A stretch of 64,000 bases of DNA from Amoebophrya sp. A120. Lineage: Eukaryota > Protista > Dinoflagellata. Positions 1 to 10,745 of the stretch are shown in pieces. Position numbers and translations under genes: made by a program. Numbering within the stretch: the stretch's first letter is position 1; every line of letters begins with the position of its first letter. The notes beneath the pieces are model-generated. The model searched no databases and was not told the origin of the DNA. It saw nothing but the letters and a program-made list of their open reading frames with translations. The DNA lies in assembly GCA_905178155.1 (NCBI GenBank), contig CAJINV010000018.1:1178501-1242500 (forward strand), written 5' to 3'.

Positions 1-362
1 CAAAATCTCATGCCCTGGCCAAAAGGGCATGAGATTTTGGAGCAGTCACAATCTCACGCCCTCGGCACCAGGGCATGAGATTTCGGGGCCCGGACTCTCA
101 TGCCCTGGTCACAAGGACGCGAGATTTTGGAACAGGCCAAATCTCATGCCCTCGGCACAAGGGCATGAGATTTCGGAGCCCGGAATCTCATGCCCCGGCC
201 ACAAGGGCATGAGATTCTCATTTTGGAGCAGGCAAAATCTCATGCCCTCGGCACCAGGGCATGAGATTTCGGAGCCCGGAATCTCATGCCCTGGCCACAA
301 GGACGTGAGATTTTGGAGTACGCGAAATCTCGTGCCCTGGCCACAAGGGCGTGACATTTTCC
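1..362. repeat. Tandem satellite of ~89-bp units, each two ~45-bp hairpin subunits (AATCTCATGCCCT...AGGGCATGAGATT); truncated by the window edge
   Basis: About 8 visible subunits with internal inverted repeats; lies downstream of the DRC7 GT donor at 600, so probably intronic. Confidence 0.9.
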
Positions 363-600
363 CAGCGACAGCGAGCACGGGCACGGCTCGAGCTGTTTCC
401 TGAAGCAAGCTACGTCCGTCCTGCAGGAAGCTTCTTGAGGAAACTTCTTAAGGCGCTCCCTTAAGGAGCTCTCTTAAGGAGCTCTCTTAAGTGGTACCGC
501 CTAAGCAATTTCTCTTAGAAAAATTTTCTAAGCGGCCCCCTATAGATTATAATAATAGGCCACCGCTGACTCATTTCTGCATAGTTATTATTATTTGTAC

Positions 601-3600
601 CTTCTCGACGTTGTCGCCGCCTCTTCTCTGCATCTATGGTAAGAAAAAATCCCCCCTCCCCATACCAAAGCGGGATACTTCAGAAAAGTTGTGATGCAGA
701 TTTGAGGCCATAGATCGTCTCTGTATTGCCAGAAGGCAAATCCAAAGACCTGGCCGCGTTCTGCCGGCAATTTGTAATGCTGTATGGCCTACGGAGGATA
801 TGCCTGCCTTGCTAAGTGCCTACGCAAAAACGCCCCTACTCCGGCTTTGTATCTGTTTGCAGTCCTCTACTGCAAGACAAATCCGATTTGTGTACACAAA
901 ACCCGCATCACAGATTTCCATTTCGATATGGGGAGGGGGGATTTTTCCTTTTGATAGCATCTGTGCTCTCTTCTTTTTCAAGTTCTCCTGCTCCGTTTCC
1001 AGCCTCCTTTGGATGATCTGCGCCCGGTCCAGGCGTATCAACTGCAAATATGTTGGGGTCCTGCCTCTGGAACGCTGCAACTTCTCATGCTACGTCTGGA
1101 TCGTGCAAGACTCTGTGTTGCAAGATTGCCACAAGTGGTTAACTTTTGACGAAATTGAAAGCGGCATATAATTTCCTTTGTGGGATAAGCAGGCATGATA
1201 GAGATCTCACAGAATCTGTCACACTAGGTGGTCCTGCATCCCAGACCTCATGAGCCATGGAAAACCTGCATGGCAAGTTTTCCACTCTTCCAGACCACCC
1301 AGACATATTTGCATCTGATAGGGAGTCGTTTGCGGAAGTCGTTCTTGCACTTTTTGGCGACAAACTCGGCCTGTAGGGCGTCCAACGCTTTTCCTTGGAA
1401 GTCGTATCAACTGTAAAAGTGTCTGGGTCTGGAACATTCCGACACTTGTCATGCACGTTTTGCATGAGCCCTGATGTCTGTGATGCATGCCCTAGCATCA
1501 CAGATTTTTTCGGAGCTTCTTGATGCCTATTCCGCATGACAAATGCCCTCTCCGCGTCGCAAAAAATACATTCCTTTTGGTACTCATGCAATACAGATTT
1601 TTCTGGAATCCAAATGCAGCATCACAAGTTCCAACCTTCCAGACCCAGACATTTTTACATTCGATAAGTCGACCAGATACCTGATTTATACACAGCAGTT
1701 TGTTTACCTCTAATACATTCTTCGACGAACAAAGCACTTAGCAACATCACACTTCGATTCATTTTCTTCTTCATGTCGATGCACAAGTAGTAGCGAGTAG
1801 TTAAGTGCAACTAACTAAGAATTCAGGCACTAAGATGAAAACGAACGCAAGATCATGATGCGCTGCACCAGAAAAAAAGCAACTAAAACAACACGTTGCG
1901 CCAACTATAATGACCTACATCTGTCACATAAATCAATTCTGTACCTGGCCAAGAAGTCCACCTTGCTGTCTGGCTGGTCGGTTGGCATGCTATCATCCTC
2001 TTTTTTGGTGACTGCCTGCACCTGCTCCTCCTCTTCTGCCCTGGTCCGGGCGATGTCGTATACGGACTTTTCGAGCACGGGCTCCTTCTCGATACCCGGC
2101 TCCTTTTTACGGTGCACCTGTGGTTCAGATTTTTTAAGTTTTTCATTTTCATCATCTCGAGATGATGAAAACAAAGAGACCTAGAACGCCCAGCGCTAGT
2201 TGTACTTCTGGTAGTGCAAGGACACAGGACGTTGGAAAATCGATCTTTCTACTAGGTTGTCGAAGCAAGTAAGTTGTCAAAAGTAAAAATGTGGTCTGGG
2301 TCTGGGAACTTGTGATGCTGGGTGGCGTCTCATGATGACGCTACAAATCCTGGCTCAGCATGACAAGTTTCTGAGCTCCTAGGTGTTGCCTATTCTGCAT
2401 GACAAACTGCGCTTCTGCATCACAGAAAAACGGAGCTCTTGGGTAACGTGCATGACAGATTTAAGAGTCATGCCAGACAAGCATGACAAACATGAACTCT
2501 TCCAGACCCAGACATTTTTACAGTTGATATAAGTAGACCACCTTGATCAAATTTTCTTCTTTTCTCCGCGCCCCATACTCCCCGTAGATCTTTGACACCA
2601 CGTCCTGTATGACCCGCTCAAACGTTACAATCTCAAACCTTACAATAGAATCTGGGTTTTGTATTGCATGATGAGCATGACAGACTCGGACAGCATTCCA
2701 CTTTCTGCAATACAAATTTCGCCAGATTGTAGTGCGGATTGGGACTCCAGAACTTGTCATGCGCAAGCCTATGGGAGTAAGCTAGGCAGTGCACTTCTTG
2801 CAACACAAATTCCAGATTCGATTGTAACGTGTGAGATTGTAACACCTGAGCAGGCTATATCCTGAAAGGAAACCTTCGAGTTCTTCTCGAGTTGAATCAA
2901 ATCCCGCAGTTGATTGTCTGACAGCCTCCCCGTCGGCGCGGACAGGGGCCGCAGCTGGTTGTCTTCCTTGATGTAGACCAGCGACTCGTCGACGATCTTC
3001 GACCGGGGGCCGTGCAGGTCAGCCCGGATTTTCCCCTCCGACACGTAGAACACAATTTTGTGGTAGTCCGGCGTTCCTTATCCTGCGCGACAACTTTTTC
3101 ACCTACAGTTGCCCTGCCAGTTCGCTTCTTGTGCAGTTGCACATCAAAGTACTTACTTAATAGGGCATTGCAAGCCAGTAAAAAATGCTTTTTCGAAGAT
3201 GACATCTACATGCTTTGTGGTTGCGTCGCTTGGAGCAAGTAGGTCGAGCCGCCACGACCTGTGATCATGCAAAAAAAGATAACAAAGCACTTTATTTTCT
3301 ACATCTCTGACTGATAATCTGACTGTCAGAAACGAATGGCATTCGGCTGGGATCGTGAGTTGTCGTGTCTGATATTGGTTCCTGCGCGAATCCGGGCTTC
3401 ATTTCCTGCTCCCCTCTCCTGCTGTATTTCAGCGTCATCTTGATGATGGCTAGTTCACCTGTGATAGGGGACGAAATTTCAATTTGTTGGTAAGAACTAC
3501 GTAGTTGCATGACCATTTGTCGTTTCGCTCTGGAGCAGCTGCATTCACTCCGGATACAGTCACCCAAGCAAAAAAGGTACAAAGCTAATCATCTTAGTAA

Positions 3601-6600
3601 ACACCGATCCCCTCAACGTGTATTGTGGGCTGCTTCCCGGCTTGCAAGGGGTCGGTGGGCCCGAGTTTGACGGAGTGGTAGATCAATCTGTCGTCGCGCG
3701 CTTGGAAGTATTCACAGACTTTTTTTCCCACTTCTTCCGTCGTTTTCTCTAGCCCGTCGAGCCTGGAACTCGGGTAATACGTCAGAATCCGCTTGGAGCC
3801 AAATACCTGGGGCGGGGTTAGTGAATTTGCTGGATTTCAACATCACACGATTCATCTTGCGCAAAGAGATTACGTCTCTGTAGTAAAAAGACAGTTGACG
3901 CGGATCGTGGCATCGAAAGCACTTCTTCACTTTATTGCTGGTCAACGAGATGCAACAATTTTCACAGCACCGGACGAAAAATGAATCCCGCCAAAAATCT
4001 TCTACTTACCTCTTCGATTTCTTTGAGGGCGTTACTTCTGCCGGTGAGAAACGACTCGACCGCTCTGTTCTCAAAGGGGTGCTTCAGCCTCCTGACGAGC
4101 TTGTCGTTTCGAAACTGGAAGAGCTCCTCCACCAGCTTCGGGCGCATTCTCCTCACGTCCTTGAACAGGGTCACCCGTCGGACCACCCCGTCCACCTGCG
4201 TGTAGGGGGAATACCGCTCGACTTTTGATTTCATGTAGTACGACACCTTTTCGCCGTGGTAGTACCGCGCTTGAAAATCCGCTGGCGTGATTTCTGTACA
4301 AAGAGTTTATTTTTTCCAAATAGATTTTGAAAGTCATTTAATTTCATGTTAGTTCTTACAGCCTCTTCTTCTGCCAGAAGCAGAGGCTGTAAAACCATTG
4401 AGTTGTTATTTTTGTAGCTGTATGCTCCCAGACTTGGAGCATACAGCTACAAAAATAACAAACCCACTGCATAGATCTCCTACAGCTCAGTTCTCCTGCA
4501 CTCATATAGTATACCAATCTTTTTGCTCCAGCTCGGTGGGTTGTCCAGGTACTGGACTTTTTCCTTGTTTTTGTCCGCCTGTATCCCACAGAAAAAGCCA
4601 GGCAAGGCATATTTGTAACGCAAAAAAAACACACAGAAAAGTCGCGCACTGCGTAACGGAACAGCATGGTATGTGCTCGCCCATAGCAATTTTTTTGTTT
4701 AGTTATATATGCCCTGCTTGCTTTTTTCTGTATGATAGCCTGGTCCCCGGCGTCGCCGGCACCGAGGTCACCGCCCTCCTCGTCCTCCTTGGCTTCCTCC
4801 GAGTCTCCCCCCTCATCGCCCGCTTGATCCGCAGTGACCAGCACGTACTCGTTATCCCATGTAAAAACGTCCCCACCCCATAGTCAAGATGGAGAATCGG
4901 CTAGACACATGCATCCACAAGGTTTGGCTGTTTTGCATGACAAGTTTGGCACCGTAGTGTAGTGCTGTTTGAGGTAGTGAAGCAGCATGACAGATCTAGT
5001 ATATCATGCTTATTGGAGCATGACAAACTCCAAAACACGACTAGAAAATGCTTCTCAGGGGGCTCCGCATGAGAAACATTTTCAGCATGCAGACTTGCAT
5101 GACAACTCTGGGGTGGGGACGTTTTTAAATACGATACTCGTAAAACCTGGGATCGTTCAGGTTCAGCGAGATTTCGGACGCGGGAATCTCGCTCTGCATG
5201 TTCATATCCTATGTAAAAACGTCCCCACACTGATGTAGTCAAGATGGGGACTCGGCTAGACAAATCCACAAGTTTTGGCTGTTTTGCATGACAAATCTGG
5301 ACTCATGTTGCAGAAGTGCTGTTTGAGCTAGCTCAGCAGCATCACAGATCTAGTATATCATGCTGATTGGAGCATGACAAATTCCAAAACACAAATGGAA
5401 AATGCTTCTCATGGGGCTCCGCATGAGAAACATTGTCAGCATGCAGATTTGCATGACAACTCTGGGGTGGGGACGTTTTCACGCAGGATAGTTCACCCAC
5501 AGGTTTTTGTGGTTCCAGACCAGGTCGACCTTGAGATACGGGGAGTCCGCCACTTTGTAACACCTGCCGGTGGAGCACTCGATGTAGATATCTTCTGTCA
5601 TTCCCCGCAGCCCCTGCCGAATCAGCACCCAGCAGTGCACGCGCTGGCCGGCATCCTCGGGCATGTCCTAATAAAAAAACATTCATTTAATATTGATGTT
5701 CTTCACTCCCCTAAGATTCCATTCTCGACAAATAAGAAAGATAGGAACCACAACTTATATGAGAGATTTCACATAATTCCACAATGAGCAGAGGCAAACC
5801 AACCTAGTTAGGAGCGCTATTTCAGTTATAACCTGCTCAGGTGTTACAATCTCAAACGTTACAATAGAATGAATTTGTGTTGCAAGAAGTGCATGATCTA
5901 CCCTACTCCCACAGGATTACGCATGACAAGTTCTGGAGTCCCAATCCGCAATACAATCTGGCGAAATTTGTATTGCAGAAAGTGGAATGCTGTCCGAGTC
6001 TGTCACGTTGATCATGCAAGACAAGTCTCAGATTCTATTGTAACGCTTGAGATTGTAACGTTTGAGCAGGTCATATCAGTCTCAAAAATATTTTACCTCT
6101 TCGTCGTCGCTGTCACTGCACATGGCCTCGTCATTATCGCAAGAAAAAAGTGTTACAGTTACACATTGTGTTGCAAGACCGGCAACACAGACGACCTTTC
6201 TCATGCAGGAAATGCTTGGGAGCCTCGTTTCCTTCCTGTTTTCCCTTATGATCTTCGCATTACAAGTCTTCTCTGCCACACAGAGAAAATTTGTGATGCA
6301 GAAACTCCAACAAATGTGTAACTGTAACACTTTTTTCTCACGATAGTCATACTTCCTTTTTGCCTCAAGCCTCTCCTTATCCGTCTGCTCCGTTATAAAA
6401 CCCGACTTGTTGAAGGGCGGGCGTTTCGGGATGCCCTCTGTCTTCGGTGCGGACTTGGAGCTAGAGCTGCTGGACGAAGACTATCAAATGCAAACATGTA
6501 TGGGTCTGGATAGTTGTGATGCAAATCTGTGAATGGTAGGCGCACTCGTAGACGCAGCCAAGCATGACAAGTTTTCGTTCTACTTGCTCTGTCTTTCGTT

Positions 6601-9303
6601 TTGCGCATGAAAAACTGTGTTCTTGCATGGCAGGCAAGAGGATCTTTTCCTGCTCATGCATCACAGACTGAGTTTTAAGAGTCAACATGCCAGCCGAGCA
6701 TGAGAAACTTGCACTCATCTTGTTCCAGAGGACCCAGACATATTTGCAATGCATAAAGACCCGGAGGGAACGATCTCGTTTCGCTCGTCCAACACCGCCA
6801 GTTCGACGGCGCAGTGCTCCATAGTTTCACACTTCGTAGCGATAAACCTTTTGTTTTTTCACTTGTTGCATAATTTTCTAATCCTTCTCCATCCTAAATA
6901 AATGATGTTCTTGACGTGGCTGATTCATTGCTTGGTGCAACACAAACATTCCATATTCAAATCCTAAATCATGCATATTATACACTCGGTACATCAAAAT
7001 CTACTTTCTTAATACCGTGGCGCAAACCCGGAAACGCAGTAGGCGTCGTACCCAACTCCGATCAGCATCGAACATAGGAATATGCAATGCAAACATCCGC
7101 TTTTCCGCCCCGGGCGGTGAAAAAATAAAACAAGCTCATTTACTAGCTTGCATCCACATACTTTTAAACACCAGCATCTGGTGGATATGTTGACAAAAGG
7201 ACCTCCGAGTCAACGCCTGCTGTGCTGTCGTTCGCCTAAGCACGACATCTCGCTACCGTGAGGGTCCTCATCCTTTTGTGATTTTGGTGATGTACATGTA
7301 CAACTACCAGCATGACAATTTTCAGCGCACGGGTTGTAGTTCAACTTGAGAGTACAGATATCCATCTTGCATAGATATTATGCTAAAGTCGAAGGATATC
7401 CAGGCAAAAAACTGTGTAAGTGTAAGTTTCTTTGAGGAATAGCATCACAAGTTTGCTCTGCATAACACAGAAAACCTGTCATGCGTGGCTAGTACGTGAA
7501 AACACGCACGAAAATTGCCTCTGATGCATGTCCAGCATGACAAGTGTAACAGTTTTGCATTTTCTGCAACACAAACTTACACTTACACAGTTTTTTTCTT
7601 GGATAAAGGAGTCCCCGGCTCGCCAGTCCAAGACCGTGGTTGGACTCGGGATTACCTTGGGGTACTTGTTATCAAATGCAAAAATGTCTGGGTCTGGAAG
7701 GGTGCGAACTTGTGACGCATACTTGGATCACACAAAAATCTGTTATGCTTAGACAGCAAAGGGCGTTCCTTTTCCTGTCGCCGAAGGAAGGCGTTTGTCA
7801 TGCGGATTAAGCATTGGGAAACCGTCTCAAAACCTGTGACGCTAGGCCTTGCATGGCACACCTTGCTTCTGTGTCAAGCAGACACAGCATCACAAACCTC
7901 AGCAATTTTCCAGACCCAGACATATTTGCAATCCATACTTGTCCACGGGAATCAATTCCTCGTAGTTCAGTCGGTCCGCCACGTAGTCCGCGCAGGTCTG
8001 GTACTCATACAGTTCTTGGTACGGCAAGTGCGTGGGTTTTATGGTCGTGGGCAGAAATTTCGGCACGTCGCACTCGTTCGGGGGACACAGGAAAAGAAAA
8101 CGGTTCCCGTACACCTGGTGAGAAAGTTGATTTTCCACCTCCTACCTAGTCGGAGAGAAGATTTTAATAGTCTTTACTTCCACGACCTCGACCCCCGTAA
8201 GTAGCTGCGATAAAGAAAAAGAACCGAAGATAATAATTGATTTTGATACTTAAATCGACCTGGATAAAATTACCTGTCACAACCCACACATGGCATGCAA
8301 GCAACTCTATTCGTACAACGGGTGGTCGGATTGCCAACAAGAAACGCAAGTGCTGGCATGAGTCGATGAAATAGTTGCATGAAGTGAAACAAGTCAAAGT
8401 GTAAAAAAGCTGTAGATGAAGCAACTTCCAATATAATTCCATACCGACAGGAACTGCTGCTCGAATTCTGACACATGCTGCAGCAGCAGGTCTTCTTTTG
8501 GGGAATTGGACTTGTAACTCGGTGGTATGTTTTCCGTCGTGCTGTCCCGAAACCGACGTGACCGCACCTCCTTCTGGTTCACCCGGGCTTATTATCCGGT
8601 GGAAAAGCAGTACAGCACCATAGCAGACAGAGACTTTCATGCCTGTTCTTACGGTTCTTCTTCTTTTCCTGTCTACGTGTTGACAACTGGGGGTTCTTGT
8701 TGCGATGGCAACAAGAAGTCGTGGTCGATGTTTTTTTCATTAAAAAAATATGGACAATGAACAACAAAAATCAATGTAAATTTGCCGTTGATGGTCGTGC
8801 TCCTGAACTACATGCCAAATTATCGGAGACCGAAAAAACCGCATCGCAAGGATCATCTTCTCGGCACAATAGAACTCGTTCTGCAGTAGTGCTGTCCACC
8901 AAAAGTTTTTCCGGTCGATATTTTTGCCTTCATCATTTCCACGGCATCGGCCTCTTGTTTCTTCGCCGCTTCTATCAAATGCAAATATCCCTGGATGTCT
9001 GGAAGGTTGCAACTTGTGATCATGCTGTCCTTGGATTGTTCTAAAAAATCTGAATTGCATGAAAAGCAATAGGGGTCCAGTTTGTGCTTCGCGGGGAGGG
9101 CATTTGTCATGCGGTATAGAAGGCATCAGGAAGCCCTCAAAAAATCTGTGATGCTAGGGCATACAATACTGGCGTCAGGGGTCTTGCAAAATATGCATGA
9201 CAGTCTTCCAGACCCAGACATTTTTGCAATCAATAGCTTCTGCCGCGGCCGCCGGGTCCGCGGCGGCGCCCTCCGCGGGAGGCGGTGCGGCCGGGGCGGA
9301 CAT
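601..9303 (-). CDS. DRC7: Dynein regulatory complex subunit 7 (CCDC135); multi-exon, 3' end runs off the window
   Basis: Joined exons give FLCPPNECDVPKFLPTTIKPT, PSPTTVLDWRAGDSFDFS, LCSMLIGVGYDAYCVSGFAP, RVHCWVLI, VWNHKNLWVNMQ, LDNPPSW, SVYDIAR and FRKRLLDRAQIIQRRLE; ATG at 9303; GT-AG introns plus 14 IEs. Confidence 0.88.
635..956. mobile_element. IE, family C (poly-C/poly-G subterminal TIR), in DRC7 CDS
   Basis: TAT..ATA ends, GCATC direct repeat; removal gives AQMQRRG. Confidence 0.9.
1036..1320. mobile_element. IE, family A (TIR TATCAAATGCAAAAATGTCTGGGTCTGGAA), in DRC7 CDS
   Basis: Diverged repeat AGGCG/GGGAG; removal gives KRLLDRAQ. Confidence 0.88.
1405..1666. mobile_element. IE, family A, in DRC7 CDS
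   Basis: AGTCG direct repeat; removal gives YLVDFQGK. Confidence 0.9.
2275..2529. mobile_element. Family A element inside a canonical GT-AG intron of DRC7
   Basis: TAAGT direct repeat; left end TGT; near-identical to 35152-35403. Confidence 0.85.
2608..2859. mobile_element. IE, family D (TIR TATRACCYGCTCA..GTTACAATCTCA), in DRC7 CDS
   Basis: TCCTG direct repeat; removal gives SFQDVVSK. Confidence 0.9.
4853..5136. mobile_element. IE, family B (TIR TATCCTGWGTAAAAACGTCCCCACCCCA), in DRC7 CDS
   Basis: CTCGT direct repeat; removal gives RFYEYVL. Confidence 0.9.
5205..5490. mobile_element. IE, family B, in DRC7 CDS
   Basis: GTTCA direct repeat; removal gives LWVNMQ. Confidence 0.92.
5827..6075. 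mobile_element. Family D element inside a canonical intron of DRC7
   Basis: TCAGT direct repeat; long TIR. Confidence 0.87.
6135..6345. mobile_element. IE, family G, in DRC7 CDS
   Basis: GTCAT direct repeat; removal gives RKYDEAM. Confidence 0.9.
6482..6755. mobile_element. IE, family A, in DRC7 CDS
   Basis: AAGAC direct repeat; frame restored. Confidence 0.9.
7081..7373. mobile_element. Degenerate IE in DRC7 CDS
   Basis: Only a 7-bp TIR (TATGCAA..TTGCATA); removing 298 nt gives DFSI(I/F)LCSML. Confidence 0.8.
7397..7605. mobile_element. IE, family G, in DRC7 CDS
   Basis: AAGGA direct repeat; removal gives GDSFDF. Confidence 0.9.
7670..7937. mobile_element. IE, family A, in DRC7 CDS
   Basis: CTTGT direct repeat; removal gives VDKYPKVIPSP. 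Confidence 0.9.
8973..9235. mobile_element. IE, family A, in DRC7 CDS
   Basis: GCTTC direct repeat; removal gives AAEAAKKQ. Confidence 0.88.
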
Positions 9304-10745
9304 TTCTTACTTCGAGTTTTTGTTCTTGTCCGATCTATATTACCTCGTGGTTCGCTACAATGAATTCCATTTTACATTTTCATGCTGTAGTAAGTACCTT
9401 TGCAACACCAGCACGACCACGCCGTTAGAATCAGTTCCGAATTCAACATCCTCGGCTACGAATAAAATGCACTCAAGAAATCCAACTGGTCGTAATATGC
9501 CCCGGTCGTGGTTCTTGTCTCGTCGTTTTATTTACTGTGCCACAACAACGAGCACGGTGCAAGCACAAAATGTCGTAAAGAACTGGTGCAGCACGAGCAC
9601 CTCTTCTCACATCACAGTGGTCCACGATAAAAATTCTTCGAGTAGCTTCTACTTCTTCTCCACTCTACTTAAGCGAACCGCACTCAGCTCTCAGGCTGAC
9701 GGTTCAGTCTCTCGATAAAATTCTCATTCATTTTTCCCGATCAAGCATTGCGTCGATTGTGTTTTTACTGATATGATCCAGCGCAGCTGTAAACCGCAAG
9801 GAGCGACGCCGAATGATAATGAAACGAAAACGATGAAAATAGCTCCTGAAAAAACGAATGTCAGAATCGCAGAGGATTATATCAAGGGGCGACGAGGGAG
9901 GTTGGTACGCAGACATAATGAAATACAGCGAACAAAACAAAACGATGCGAATCACCACCAGGAAACCACGAGCCGCCTCGATAGCGGTTTTTGGAGCGAT
10001 TCATGCTTGCATAATTTTTCGGGTTGTTGATATCAAATATGGGATCATGTTAATGTGCTGTTTGCATCTATTTCTTACTTCCAAATCCAAATGCAGCGGC
10101 TCTTATTTCGCTGCACTTGTAATATCGTGTGCTGAGATGCTGAGGATGAAAGCAGGGGAGATGGGTCGGGAAAAGATAAATTTCTTGGCGCAGAAGCGCA
10201 AAAATTAAGTCGTGGATGACTCAACTAATTAAGGAGAAAAACCATGCCCGCGCAAACGGCAATGTCGTTTTTCTGTCAAAAAGTGTACTAGGGGTTGTAC
10301 GCGTGTGTATGTAGAAGAGGTGGTCTTCATCTTCTACTTCGGGCAAAATAATGATGAATTTTCTTCGCAGCACCGGACACGCTGTGCGATCTTTGCCTGT
10401 AGAGACAGGCAAAAGTTTTCTTAGCACTGCTTCTGTTCAAATCGGATTACAGTTTGGTGGTAGAGAACCTTCTCGTCGATGCCGCGCGCTCTACCATCAC
10501 ATCGTGCGAATGCAATGCAAAGTAGGTGTTCTCGTCGTGCACGCAAAAAGAAAAAGTATGAACGCAAAAAAATATAAATTTGTTGTGCAAAATGAAACGT
10601 TGTACACTCGCAAAAAGAATCTTTCGCAAATCTGACACTGAAATGTATAACAGGGTTCAAGTAGGGTTATGAAGAGGTGATACAACTGCGTGCAAGAAAT
10701 ACTGTTTTGTCGATACCGGCAGAAAAGTCGGCACCTTTTCTGCAC

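Noticed and set aside
1-362. CRISPR-like array (also 52250-52700)
   Set aside because: The spacers are themselves repeated, there are no cas genes and the context is a eukaryotic intron
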